A stretch of 64,000 nucleotides of DNA, from NCBI GenBank assembly GCA_965279305.1, contig OZ257143.1, positions 1,477,994 to 1,541,993 on the forward strand. Direction: 5' to 3'. Source of the stretch: Gammaproteobacteria bacterium. GTDB lineage: Bacteria > Pseudomonadota > Gammaproteobacteria > JBIOEC01. A program made the position numbers and the translations under genes. The notes under the pieces are model-generated. The model did not search any database. It was given only the letters and a program-made list of their open reading frames with translations, and was not told where the DNA came from. Shown piece after piece: positions 1 to 10,133 of this stretch (positions within the stretch are counted from its first letter, which is position 1; each line of letters begins with the position of its first letter).

Positions 1-491
1 TGGCTTTTCAGTATCCTGTTGAAATTCCCGGTGTAAGCAATATCAATTTCTTAAAAGCCTCTGTTAATGCGGTTAGAAAAGCGCAAGGTAAAGAGGAATT
101 AGATGCGGTTTCTTTACTAAGCCAAGCGAAACAAAAAATGGCGGCACAAGGATTAGATCCAGATTTTTTATACCGTTCAGTGAATGAAGGTTTTTCGGGC
201 GGCGAGAAAAAGCGTAATGATTTAGTGCAAATGCTAATGCTTGAGCCTTCTCTTGCGATTTTAGATGAAATTGATTCGGGTTTAGATGTGGATGCTCTTC
301 AAATGGTTGCTAAAGGCGTAAACGCTATGCGGGATGAACATAGAGGATTTTTACTCATTACCCATTATCAGCGTATTTTGAATTTTATTATTCCGGATTA
401 CGTACATATTTTTTCTCAAGGAAAAATCGTAAAATCAGGCGGAAAAGAATTAGCGTTAACCGTAGAAGCAGAAGGTTACACAGGGTATTAA
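1..491 (+). CDS. sufC: Fe-S cluster assembly ATPase SufC, C-terminal part (5' end lies outside the window)
   Basis: The frame continues upstream of the annotated Met back to nt 3 (AFQYPVEIPGVS...). It contains the ABC signature SGGEKKRNDLVQML, the Walker B/D-loop ILDEIDSGLDVDAL and a THYQRIL H-loop, consistent with SufC, and sufD and sufS follow. Confidence 0.85.
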   Translation, partial: AFQYPVEIPGVSNINFLKASVNAVRKAQGKEELDAVSLLSQAKQKMAAQGLDPDFLYRSVNEGFSGGEKKRNDLVQMLMLEPSLAILDEIDSGLDVDALQMVAKGVNAMRDEHRGFLLITHYQRILNFIIPDYVHIFSQGKIVKSGGKELALTVEAEGYTGY

Positions 492-492
492 T

Positions 493-1671
493 ATGCATAC
501 TAAGCAAAAAGAAGCATTTAAATACACTTCGCTTAATCGTATAGAAAGCCAAACCTATGCCAAACCCTCTATGGCATCTAAAAAAACGATTAATAAACTA
601 TCTACGTTGGCAAAAGCGAATACTACTTTAGTATTTGTCGATGGTTTTTATAGAGAAGATTTATCGAAACTAGCTTTAATCACCGGTGTAAAATTCGAGC
701 CTGCTGTTTTATCTTCTAGAAAGTCTGAGTCTGCTTTAAATCATAGTGATGATTATGTCTCTTCTTTGCCTTTTTTAAAGGTTAATTCTACTTTAGATGG
801 CTTTATTATTGAAGTTAAGCCAGGTGTTAACGCCGGTATTATTGAAATCTTTTTTTATACTAGCGCTAATGCTGAACGTACATCCGCGCGTAAATTAGTT
901 CAATTAAGAAATAGCATTTATTGCCATGCCGACAGCCAAATAACTGTTATTGAGCGTTATATAGGTGAAACAGCGGCAGAAAGCTTAACCAATAGCGTAA
1001 CAGAAGTGCAATTAGATACTAATGCGCGTTTAGATCATATTAAAATTCAAACCGAAGCCACCTTAACCGATCATATCGGGCAGTTATTTGTTGACCTATC
1101 TAAGAATAGTACCTTAAACAGTTATATGCTTTCGTATGGTGCTAATTTAGCTCGCAATGAAGTGCATACACGCTTACTACAAGAACATGCTACTTCTAAC
1201 TTATATGGTCTTTTTATGCCGCAAAAAAATCAGCATATGGATCAATATACGGTAATGGATCATGTGTCTTCACATGCCAATAGCCATGAATTTTATCGGG
1301 GCATTTTATCCGATAATGCTAGAGGCGTTTTTAATGGCAAAGTGATGGTTCGCCCTGATGCTCAAAAAACAGTGACTAGGCAAATTAATAATAATTTATT
1401 ACTGTCTTCTAATGCTGAAATTGATACCAAACCTGAATTACAAATTTATGCGGATGATGTTCAATGTAGTCACGGCGCTACCGTAGGGCATTTAGATGAG
1501 CAGGCTCTGTTTTATATGCAAGCGAGAGGAGTTCCTTTAGCGGAAGCTAAAAATATATTATTGAGTGCATTTGCTACTGAAATATTACAATCTATTTCTG
1601 ATCTGGCATTGAGAGATCAATTGCAAACCGATTTATTGGCCTATTTGCCAGGAGCTTCTTATGGCCAGTAG
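493..1671 (+). CDS. sufD: Fe-S cluster assembly protein SufD
   Basis: A 392-aa ORF lies immediately after sufC and overlaps sufS by 11 bp, the usual sufCDS order and size. Its C-terminal region (ADDVQCSHGATVG) is typical of SufB/SufD. Confidence 0.8.
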   Translation: MHTKQKEAFKYTSLNRIESQTYAKPSMASKKTINKLSTLAKANTTLVFVDGFYREDLSKLALITGVKFEPAVLSSRKSESALNHSDDYVSSLPFLKVNSTLDGFIIEVKPGVNAGIIEIFFYTSANAERTSARKLVQLRNSIYCHADSQITVIERYIGETAAESLTNSVTEVQLDTNARLDHIKIQTEATLTDHIGQLFVDLSKNSTLNSYMLSYGANLARNEVHTRLLQEHATSNLYGLFMPQKNQHMDQYTVMDHVSSHANSHEFYRGILSDNARGVFNGKVMVRPDAQKTVTRQINNNLLLSSNAEIDTKPELQIYADDVQCSHGATVGHLDEQALFYMQARGVPLAEAKNILLSAFATEILQSISDLALRDQLQTDLLAYLPGASYGQ

Positions 1672-2881
1672 AGCTGACTTTCCTGGATTACATCAAGAAG
1701 TCAACGGACAACCCCTGATTTATTTTGATAATGCAGCTACCACTCAAAAACCTTTATCAGTCATTGAAGCTGTTGATCACCATTATCGATTTGATAATGC
1801 TAATGTGCACCGTGGTGTTCATGTTTTAAGTAGCCGCGCGACCCATGCTTTTGAAAAAACTCGCTCTTTGCTGGCAGAGTTTATTAATGCTGAGTACTTA
1901 CATGAAGTGATTTTTACTCGAGGAACCACTGAAGCGATTAATTTAATTGCTTACTGTTACGGCTTACCTTTTTTGAAAAATGGCGATGAAATTCTGATCA
2001 CTACGATGGAGCATCACGCAAATATTGTGCCCTGGCAAATGGTATGTGAACAAACAGGCGCTACACTTAAAGTAGTTCCTTTAGTAGCTGATGCAGATAG
2101 TGGTGAGTTAGATAGAGATGCGTTTAGCGCACTGTTAAGCAAAAATACCAAAATAGTTTCGTTTCCTCATATCTCTAATGTCTTAGGGACTATTAATCCT
2201 GTTGCGGAATTGATTGCAGAAGTGCGAGAAAAAACCTCTGCTATTGTGGTGATTGATGGTGCGCAAGCGATTGCTCATCTTCCTATTGATGTACAAGCAT
2301 TGGATTGCGATTTTTATGTGTTTTCAAGCCATAAAATGTATGGTCCATCAGGTATTGGTATTCTTTATGGTAAAACTGCTTTGCTAGAACGTATGCCGCC
2401 TTTTCAATTCGGTGGCGAAATGATTAAAAGCGTTAGCTTTGAACATACCGAATATAATGATCTTCCTTTTAAATTTGAAGCAGGAACACCTAATATTGAA
2501 GGGGTAATTGGTTTGGGTGCTGCAGTAGAATATCTTAAAAAAGCTGATGTTAAAAAACTAGCCGCTCAGGAAAAAGAATTATTAAACTATGCCACTGAAC
2601 AAATGCAAAATATTCCTAATATCCGTATTTTGGGAACATCAAAGCATAAAGCAGCTATGATTACGTTTGTGATCAAGGGCATTCCGGCGCAAGATATTAG
2701 TACTTTGCTGGATATGTCGGGTATTGCGATTAGAGTAGGGCATCATTGTGCTATGCCTTTACATGAGTCTTTAGGGCTTAGCTCTTCTGTGCGCGCTTCT
2801 TTTGCTTTTTATAATACTAAAGAAGAAATTGATAGATTTATTATTGCTTTGAATAAAGCGCTAAAGGTGTTACATGCATAA
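1661..2881 (+). CDS. sufS: Cysteine desulfurase SufS (PLP-dependent, group II)
   Basis: It has the PLP-lysine motif SSHKMYGPSGIG and the catalytic cysteine loop RVGHHCAMPL. At 406 aa and inside the suf operon, it fits SufS. Confidence 0.9.
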   Translation: MASRADFPGLHQEVNGQPLIYFDNAATTQKPLSVIEAVDHHYRFDNANVHRGVHVLSSRATHAFEKTRSLLAEFINAEYLHEVIFTRGTTEAINLIAYCYGLPFLKNGDEILITTMEHHANIVPWQMVCEQTGATLKVVPLVADADSGELDRDAFSALLSKNTKIVSFPHISNVLGTINPVAELIAEVREKTSAIVVIDGAQAIAHLPIDVQALDCDFYVFSSHKMYGPSGIGILYGKTALLERMPPFQFGGEMIKSVSFEHTEYNDLPFKFEAGTPNIEGVIGLGAAVEYLKKADVKKLAAQEKELLNYATEQMQNIPNIRILGTSKHKAAMITFVIKGIPAQDISTLLDMSGIAIRVGHHCAMPLHESLGLSSSVRASFAFYNTKEEIDRFIIALNKALKVLHA

Positions 2882-3419
2882 AGCACCGGTTGTATTAACT
2901 CGCGAAGTTGAAGCATTGCTGATCCCTTCTGCAACGCCTGTGATGTTACGAGAAGGTGAAGTAGTGAGAGTTACCCAAGCTTTAGGTGGCGCTTATACGG
3001 TGCAAGTGGGTGGTAATTTAGCCCGTATTGAAGGTAAAGATGCCGATGCTTTAGGTTTAGAAATAGAAGAAGCGTGTTCTACTCTTGAAAAAGTAGCAGA
3101 CGGTCCTGTAGAAGTTGAAGTTTTATGGGAAGCGCTTAGAACGTGTTACGACCCTGAAATTCCAGTGAATATTGTGGATTTAGGTTTAATTTATAAATGT
3201 GAAGTAGTTGCAGTTGATGCTACTCATAACAAAGTAGAAATTGAAATGACACTGACGGCACCCGGTTGTGGAATGGGCCCTGTATTGGTATCCGATGTAA
3301 GAAACAAAATCGAAAAAATAAAAAATGTGACAGAAGTAGATGTACAATTAGTATTTGACCCGCCCTGGGATCAATCGCGAATGAGTGAAGCCGCTCAACT
3401 CCAGTTAGGTTTATTATAA
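2874..3419 (+). CDS. sufT: DUF59/MIP18-family Fe-S assembly protein (SufT-like)
   Basis: The C-terminal half carries YDPEIPVNIVDLGLIY, the DUF59 signature. It overlaps the sufS stop by 8 bp, indicating translational coupling. Confidence 0.6.
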   Translation: MHKAPVVLTREVEALLIPSATPVMLREGEVVRVTQALGGAYTVQVGGNLARIEGKDADALGLEIEEACSTLEKVADGPVEVEVLWEALRTCYDPEIPVNIVDLGLIYKCEVVAVDATHNKVEIEMTLTAPGCGMGPVLVSDVRNKIEKIKNVTEVDVQLVFDPPWDQSRMSEAAQLQLGLL

Positions 3420-3448
3420 TTGCTGGTGGAAAGTAGGAAGTATCTACT

Positions 3449-4882
3449 ATGTTTAATTTATTTAATTGCTTTAGGAGCCGCCAAAAAACTCCATTATTTA
3501 CTGATTTTGCTTTATCTCCTTTGATGAAGGATCCTCCTTATATCCCTTTGACAGAAATACCTGCCTTAGTAGAACCAGAAAAGCCTGAAACATTAATCGT
3601 GCTATCTCTAGATGCAGATGGGATGGTTTTTAATCCCCGTTGGGTTGCATATAAACTAGATTGTATAAAAAGAAATATCGCATGTGATAATGATAGTATT
3701 TTTAAGTTCAATAGGCCATTGGTGGGTTATATTCTTGAGGTTTTACTTGAGCATGGTGTTGATTCTGCTCAGGTAATGGTTGGGTCCATGCGCCAATCAA
3801 AATTTGCTGATAATCATAATATAGAAAAATTTCCAGGAACGGGATCGTATTTTTATTGGTTAGAAATGTTTTGTAACTTTTTTAATGAAGAGTGCAAAGA
3901 CGATAATCTCTCATATCGATTAAAGCTTAACCGTTATTTACTATCAGATACTTATAGTGATACTTCTCATGAATTTAGTTTCATCAATGCGCTTGCTGGA
4001 CAAGGTCTTTCTGGTATTGAACTTATTGAGTCTGTAAGTAAAGTTGATAGAGGAAAGTTCGGTATTTTATATGCGCAAATGTTTAAGATAGCTACCGAAA
4101 ATCCAAATAAAAAAATCATATATCGGTTTGTCGATGATCACCAGGAAACGTTAGATGCTTTATATGATATTTTTAGAAAAAACATACGGTATTTGCCTCC
4201 AAACGTATCTCTTGAAATAGTACGCCATTATTACAATTCTCTAGGAGAACCTGTCATTGATAGATCGCGTTATATTATTCACCCTGATCCTAAAAATATA
4301 ATGGATGAATGCTATGAAGAAACGTTGAGAAAAATAGCTAACTATGCAGAAGAAGGAAGAGATATCTATTTTGACTTAGAGTTGCAAGATGAGTTTCAGG
4401 GGTTTAGAGAGAAGATAAACGTACTTAGAAAAGTAGAAGTGATTGTACCTAATAATATTGATAGGTTGCATAGTCTTAGAAAAGAAGTGGAATCTTTGTA
4501 TGCCGGTTTGTTAGAACATTATTTTAGTTTTGATGATGATGGGATAGCTGATTGTATGAGCTCTGTTTTTTCAGAAATTCGGACTTTATATCATATCTAT
4601 ATCAAAGAGTCTGGTCGTTCAAACTTGGAATATTCTTTTGAAGCCATGAATGATTTTTGTTTTATGAAATTAATTTTATCGTATGTGAAAAACTTACTTG
4701 AAGGGCGTTTTGAAAATGGTTTGGTTTCCGGTTGTAGTCAATCTAATATAGAAAATATAGTAAAGGGTAAAATGGGGCTTTATAATACAGCTTCTTTGGC
4801 ATATGCTCTAAACACTCTTTATAATATAATAGTTTTCCCTACTGCTCCTGTAAAAGAAAATTTGACTCCTGTGGCAGGTTAA
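3449..4882 (+). CDS. Hypothetical 477-aa protein with no recognisable domain, inserted into the suf/rpsD core block; effector candidate
   Basis: It is a long clean ORF with local codon usage and no conserved motif I can recognise. Its position between housekeeping genes suggests an accessory insertion. Confidence 0.5.
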   Translation: MFNLFNCFRSRQKTPLFTDFALSPLMKDPPYIPLTEIPALVEPEKPETLIVLSLDADGMVFNPRWVAYKLDCIKRNIACDNDSIFKFNRPLVGYILEVLLEHGVDSAQVMVGSMRQSKFADNHNIEKFPGTGSYFYWLEMFCNFFNEECKDDNLSYRLKLNRYLLSDTYSDTSHEFSFINALAGQGLSGIELIESVSKVDRGKFGILYAQMFKIATENPNKKIIYRFVDDHQETLDALYDIFRKNIRYLPPNVSLEIVRHYYNSLGEPVIDRSRYIIHPDPKNIMDECYEETLRKIANYAEEGRDIYFDLELQDEFQGFREKINVLRKVEVIVPNNIDRLHSLRKEVESLYAGLLEHYFSFDDDGIADCMSSVFSEIRTLYHIYIKESGRSNLEYSFEAMNDFCFMKLILSYVKNLLEGRFENGLVSGCSQSNIENIVKGKMGLYNTASLAYALNTLYNIIVFPTAPVKENLTPVAG

Positions 4883-4896
4883 CTTAGAAGGCAAGT

Positions 4897-5205
4897 ATGG
4901 CAAATTGGATCAGCATTAATACCGTAGATAGTTTTACAGACACTCCCAGACAGTTTCTAGATAAAGACAATCTGCATATAGCGATATGTAAAATAGGGGA
5001 GCAATTTTTTGCTTTTGAAAGCATGTGTACTCATGCCATGTATGAGCTAGATGATGCGCCTATAGAAGGTAATGAGATAATCTGCCCTTTGCATGGAGCT
5101 CGATTTTGCTTAAAAACAGGAGAGGTAATGTCACCCCCCGCCTATGAAGACTTAAGGGTGTTCTCAACTCGCGTAAGGGAAGGTCTAGTTGAAATAGAGC
5201 TTTAG
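4897..5205 (+). CDS. Rieske [2Fe-2S] ferredoxin-like protein
   Basis: The 102-aa protein has both Rieske boxes, CTHAMYEL (CxH) and CPLHGARF (CxxH), at the correct spacing. Confidence 0.8.
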   Translation: MANWISINTVDSFTDTPRQFLDKDNLHIAICKIGEQFFAFESMCTHAMYELDDAPIEGNEIICPLHGARFCLKTGEVMSPPAYEDLRVFSTRVREGLVEIEL

Positions 5206-5209
5206 ATAA

Positions 5210-5467
5210 CTACTCATTGTTAAGTTGGTCGATAATAGTTTCAATTGAATAATCATTTGCCATGCCGCTTTCTTCACCTTCGATTAAAGCTGAACGTAAA
5301 GCGCTTAATTTGACTTCTCGTTCCTCCAGCATTCTAAGGCCAGCACGAACAATTTCACTAGCAGAGCCATAGCGACCGGATGATATCTGTTTATCTACAA
5401 AAAGATTGAAATGTTCGCCTAAGGCGATACTGGTTGTTTTTGCCATAAATTCCTCATGGATTACCAA
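5210..5467 (-). CDS. parD: ParD-family type II antitoxin (RHH/CopG fold)
   Basis: The 85-aa protein carries [28 protein letters not shown], matching the Caulobacter-type ParD1 motif (YATASEIVREAVRDWL). No parE follows it. Confidence 0.8.
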   Translation of the reverse strand: MVIHEEFMAKTTSIALGEHFNLFVDKQISSGRYGSASEIVRAGLRMLEEREVKLSALRSALIEGEESGMANDYSIETIIDQLNNE

Positions 5468-5504
5468 TAGATAGTATATGTTGGTAGTTTGATTTTGGCA
5501 AGCG

Positions 5505-5537
5505 GGGAGAGAAAATGCACCCCTCCAGAAGGAGGGG
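5505..5537 (-). terminator. Rho-independent terminator downstream of rpsD
   Basis: A perfect 7-bp GC stem CCCCTCC / GGAGGGG (5520-5526 / 5531-5537) with loop AGAA is followed on the minus strand by TGCATTTTCTCT. Confidence 0.5.
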
Positions 5538-5557
5538 CAACAAGAGTGAGTAAAAAC

Positions 5558-6178
5558 TTATAAACCTACGCGTGAGTAGTACTCAACGATTAAGTTCAAT
5601 TCTACTTGTAAGGGCACGTCGTCTGATTGAGGCGCCTGGGTTACGGTAGCGGTAAACTCTTTAGTGTTTACGCTTAAGTAGGCTGGTAAGCTTAAAGAAG
5701 GGTTTTCGATGGTTTCGATTACCAACGGCACACCTTTAGAGCTTTCTTTAATACTAATCACATCGCCTGCTTCAACATGATAGCGAGGGATATTCACTAA
5801 TTTACCATTTACTTGAATATGCTTATGAGACACTAGCTGACGAGCAGCGGGTAGGGTAGGTGCAAAACCTGCACGGAACACTACGTTATCTAAGCGAGAT
5901 TCCAACATTACTAGCATTTCTTTACCAGAATCACCTTTAGAGCGAGCCGCAGCACGCATATAGCCTCTTAACTGACGTTCACTAACGCCATAGTTAAAGC
6001 GAACTTTTTGTTTTTCACGTAAACGAACACCGTATTCAGTGCTGTTTTTGCCCTTACGGGTAGCGCCATGCTGACCAGGGGGATTTTTACGTTGATTTGG
6101 GGTCTTGCGGGTTAAACCGGGCAAGTCGGTTTGTAAACTACGTAATACTTTTAAGCGTGCGCCTGTAAATCGTGACAT
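5558..6178 (-). CDS. rpsD: 30S ribosomal protein S4 (stand-alone, Bacillus-type)
   Basis: The 206-aa protein has MSRFTGARLKVLRSL..PGQHG....EYGVRLREKQKVRFNYGV..RQLVSHKHIQVNG, which is close to firmicute-type S4. It is monocistronic rather than part of an alpha operon. Confidence 0.85.
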   Translation of the reverse strand: MSRFTGARLKVLRSLQTDLPGLTRKTPNQRKNPPGQHGATRKGKNSTEYGVRLREKQKVRFNYGVSERQLRGYMRAAARSKGDSGKEMLVMLESRLDNVVFRAGFAPTLPAARQLVSHKHIQVNGKLVNIPRYHVEAGDVISIKESSKGVPLVIETIENPSLSLPAYLSVNTKEFTATVTQAPQSDDVPLQVELNLIVEYYSRVGL

Positions 6179-6487
6179 ACTATTCTATATCCATCCTTTA
6201 AATAATTATTAGCCCAGCAGTACTGCCTATACCGACCAGCCACTGGAAAGTCGCCCAAAATAGCATATCCAAGCCTCAATTGCAAGGGAGCCTAGGCTTT
6301 TTTGGCCTTCTGATCAGCTAGTATCTAATCGCTAAGTTGGTTAGCGTGTATTATAATTGTCTCTATTATTTAAAACCGCTTTGGCGGGTGATAGGGGCAA
6401 GAAAATGTCAGCTTCTTATATTCTCATTGCATTACAGTGGTTGCTAGCGCCAAGTATAGGGTGTAGAATGCTCCACTTGTTATCTAT

Positions 6488-6564
<77 letters not shown>

Positions 6565-7035
6565 TTTAAGCATTTCAGAACGTTTCAAAACGTTCCTAAC
6601 TCCTTGTAATTACTCAGTTTTTTTGGTATCCTGTCTGCCAAGTTGTTCACCTTAAACCATCTAAATCCCACCCTAAGTGGGGGCTCTTCTCAAAACCGAA
6701 TTTAAAAACTCCTTATAAATCATTGGTTTTACCTAGGTCCAGGCAATTCAAGGAAATGCCCATACATCAAGGCATAAGTGGGGGTACTTTTATACACCTA
6801 AAAATGGGTGTCCCAGACGTTTTTAATTCATATAAAATTGAGCCGGCGGAGATTGGAAGGATCTTAAACGCAGTCAAATGGCTACCAGGGCTCTTTTTTT
6901 CACTCAATGTGCTTTTATAGAGTATCCCCTATGGGGTTTGTGCGGCCAGGAGAGTTACGGGGAGCCAATGGTCAGAAATAAATTTTGAAAAGGCAGAAAA
7001 TGACAGATACCAGGGGGCTAAAATGAAAATTCGTA

Positions 7036-7797
7036 CTAAGCATATTCTCCCTTTGTCCTCTCAGGCCATTGCCTATAACAATGAACCTGATGAGGGCTAA
7101 AATGACCCTGATAGGCCAATGCCGCTTGGTAAGATGGATCTAAAGAAATCAATGTTACCTGATAGGAATCATTTTCAATAATGAAGGGCTCTGCTGAAAG
7201 TATATTTATTTTATCTAGTGGATAACTAAGTCCACATCCTAAACATTTTAATAGCGCCTCCTTTTGTGTCCAAATCTCAAAAAATAGCTTATTTTGATCT
7301 TTATGTGGAACTATGGAAAGTGTCTTATATTCTTCAGCCGAAAAGAAATGCTGAGCTATGCTCATAAAATCAAAGTTTGAGATCATAAATTCTATGTCTA
7401 CCCCAATGTTTTGATATTGAGAAATTGAGATCAATATATAGTTACCTGCATGTGAAAGATTAAATTGAATATCCCTTATGTTTTGATGGTGTTTTATCCG
7501 CGGTTTTCCAAAGGATGAATAGACAATATGGATATCAGTAGGAGGTAAAGCTAAATATTGCCCTAGTAAGTAACGCAACGCTCCACGAGCAAGAATGTAA
7601 CGTTGGCGATCCTTCTCAAATATATATTTTTTTGATTTCTCCTGTTCATCGGCAGCCAAAAAAGACTGGAGTTGCAATTGATGAGGGGAAAGTTGATCGA
7701 GTGTAAAGCACCATAAATGAATGTTATCACTCGGTAAAACCCAGTTATTCAGACGTAAGGGAGGTGTTATTGGAAGTTCAATTTTTAAAAAAAACAT
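7036..7797 (-). CDS. Sfp-type 4'-phosphopantetheinyl transferase
   Basis: It has the GVDIEFM (G-x-D) motif and the WTQKEALLKCLGCGL (W/F-x-x-KEA-x-x-K) motif. It sits near an NRPS carrier domain. Confidence 0.8.
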   Translation of the reverse strand: MFFLKIELPITPPLRLNNWVLPSDNIHLWCFTLDQLSPHQLQLQSFLAADEQEKSKKYIFEKDRQRYILARGALRYLLGQYLALPPTDIHIVYSSFGKPRIKHHQNIRDIQFNLSHAGNYILISISQYQNIGVDIEFMISNFDFMSIAQHFFSAEEYKTLSIVPHKDQNKLFFEIWTQKEALLKCLGCGLSYPLDKINILSAEPFIIENDSYQVTLISLDPSYQAALAYQGHFSPHQVHCYRQWPERTKGEYA

Positions 7798-8696
7798 AGC
7801 ATGATAGGCTTCAATGATGTTTCAGACTGGTAAAAAAGAGTTCTTTATTCTATGCAAGCGTACATATCTAGCGTAAAAACAGCATTCTAACGTATTTTTT
7901 AATGTACTACCAGCGCCAAAGACTATGTAAACACACATCCTAAAAAGTGGTTGTTTTTTAAGCTATCTTGCGCATAATTTTCTGACTCTTACTAATGTAT
8001 AAGGCCAAAAACATATTGCACTAGTTATGGGAACTTCATCACAAATTAACTCTATTACTATATCAGGTTCAGCTATTGTGATTACTCATGGAGAGTTTTT
8101 AGATTTAATCAGAGAAAATAAACAAGCAAAATCGATCTGATATATACAAGTTAAAAGTATAAAAAATGTGATTGAAATGCTAAATTTTTCTTGACGTAGC
8201 CAATTAATTATATTAATTTGTTAGGCATGGTTAAGTAGTTTAAGATTTTTTTGATTTGAATTTGGGAGAATGCCTCATGAACCACAAGCTGGGGCATGTA
8301 AGGATCCATGAAGTCAAAGAATTACCTTCCCCCTTTGTTAAATTGAATGATTGTTCTATTTCTGATTTTGCAGCGAAATTAATTTTTGAAACGCATAATG
8401 AAATTTCATCATTATTGCATAATATTGATGATTACTTTCGCACCGTCTTTATACGGAATGCCATAACCTCTTGCTAGTGAGTTATCAGAGCTCGCTAATA
8501 CGGTCGAATCAACTGGTTGGAAAATTAAATCTGCAGAAAGAATAGAATACAAAGGTAACGACGCTGCTATTGAAGATTTTAAAAAGAAGAAAGGACTGAA
8601 TATTAAGCTTGATAATAATGGAAGGACTAATTTGCCAGCATGGCATTTGGCCCTTCAAGTCACCGTCTGATAGTGAAAAAATAGGGGCTAATAGAA

Positions 8697-10133
8697 ATGT
8701 TCCAGAAGTATGCTTCATTTGCCGGGTTGAGTCTTGGTTTCTTTATTATTATGATGGACATAACCACTGTACCATTGATGTACCCAACCCTTATGAATGT
8801 GTTTGATGTTAATCCGGCTATGGTCGCTTGGGTCAATAATATTTATCTCATTACTTATGCTTCATTTATTCTTTTAGGAGGTCGGCTTGGAGACTTCACA
8901 AATCGAAAGATTGTATTACTGATTGCTTATTTGGCTATAGGGGTAGGAGCAGCAATTAGTGGTGCAGGACAAAGCTTGTCAGATGTAATTATTGGTCGCG
9001 CATTGATGGGTGTAGGAGCGGGATTATTGACACCACAGAGCATGGCATATATTTCTATTCTTTTTGCGAGTGGAGGTAGAGGAACTGCACTGGGTATCTG
9101 GGGAGCTGTAGCTGGTATTGCCGCTGCTACTGGGCCTATTGTTACCGAGATATTCTTGACAATGGGGGATTGGCGTTGGGTGATGTGGATCAACATTCCT
9201 ATCGTGCTTGTTTGTTTTTTAATTTCCGTTTTGAGTTTACCCAATGTTCCCGGCCGTGGTATTAAATTCTGGGACACTACTGTAAGTGTTTTGTGTGGAG
9301 CGTGTTTGGCAGGAATTATTCTTGGAATCCAATTCATTAATGCGTCTAAATCAATTATAAGCATAGGTGGTGCTCTTTTTATAATGGGAGGTGTGGCTAT
9401 AAGTGTCTTGATTAGAAATGAATTGAAGAAAAAACAGGGATACATTTTGTCACCCGAATTATGGGTTGATAATATTTTTCTCAGAATATGTTTAATTTCA
9501 GGGCTACTTGGATTAAGTCTAACAGCTTTTTATCTTCCTTTAGTATTTCTTTTAGACGTACGAATGAATTTAGGCCCTGTGGCTATAAGCATGGTCATGT
9601 TTACTATCGCGCTGGCTAATGCATTAGTTGGACCATTCGCAGGTAATCTTTCAGACCGTATGGAGCCAGAAATAATTATTAGACGTGGTTTGATTTTATT
9701 TGCAATTGCAAATGCTTTACTTGGTTTTATTGGTATATTCCTGCCTGAAGGAATTTTGGCCTTAGTAGCACTTTTTGCCGTTATGTTTATTGCTGGAGCG
9801 GGTACTGGTTTAGCTTTTGCGCCTCTTGCTAATTTAGCCGTGGGTCGTGCTCAAGTAGCAACTCTAGGTCGTGCTGCCGCTTTTTTCAACTGTGCGCGCC
9901 AAATATCAAGTGCATTAGGTGGTGTGATTGTAGCTATTGTTTTTGATTGGATAATACGCTTACAATTAGAACATGACATTGAAATAACTACTACAACCCT
10001 TCGTGAATCATCGACTATTACTGCTAATGCCACTTTAGCTTGTTTTTTGTTTATTGCTATTAGTTTGTCGGTAGCTGCTTATCTATCTTGTAGAAGTGAG
10101 CAGGAGCTTGTAGTAGATGAATCTGGGGCTTAG
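8697..10133 (+). CDS. MFS transporter (14-TMS drug:H+ antiporter-like), putative exporter
   Basis: It carries MFS motif A, GGRLGDFTNRKI, and is hydrophobic and helix-rich throughout. It lies in the NRPS locus. Confidence 0.8.
   Translation: MFQKYASFAGLSLGFFIIMMDITTVPLMYPTLMNVFDVNPAMVAWVNNIYLITYASFILLGGRLGDFTNRKIVLLIAYLAIGVGAAISGAGQSLSDVIIGRALMGVGAGLLTPQSMAYISILFASGGRGTALGIWGAVAGIAAATGPIVTEIFLTMGDWRWVMWINIPIVLVCFLISVLSLPNVPGRGIKFWDTTVSVLCGACLAGIILGIQFINASKSIISIGGALFIMGGVAISVLIRNELKKKQGYILSPELWVDNIFLRICLISGLLGLSLTAFYLPLVFLLDVRMNLGPVAISMVMFTIALANALVGPFAGNLSDRMEPEIIIRRGLILFAIANALLGFIGIFLPEGILALVALFAVMFIAGAGTGLAFAPLANLAVGRAQVATLGRAAAFFNCARQISSALGGVIVAIVFDWIIRLQLEHDIEITTTTLRESSTITANATLACFLFIAISLSVAAYLSCRSEQELVVDESGA

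Noticed and set aside
8256-8477. 73-aa ORF between the PPTase and MFS genes considered as an MbtH-like protein
   Set aside because: It lacks the MbtH signature (NPF...QYS[LI]WP...PxGW). It is probably a chance ORF in a 900-bp AT-rich regulatory spacer.
8927-9445. 172-aa antisense ORF inside the MFS transporter gene
   Set aside because: It lies fully within, and opposite to, a well-supported 14-TMS transporter ORF. Its Pro/Ile-rich translation is the typical mirror of a membrane-protein gene.
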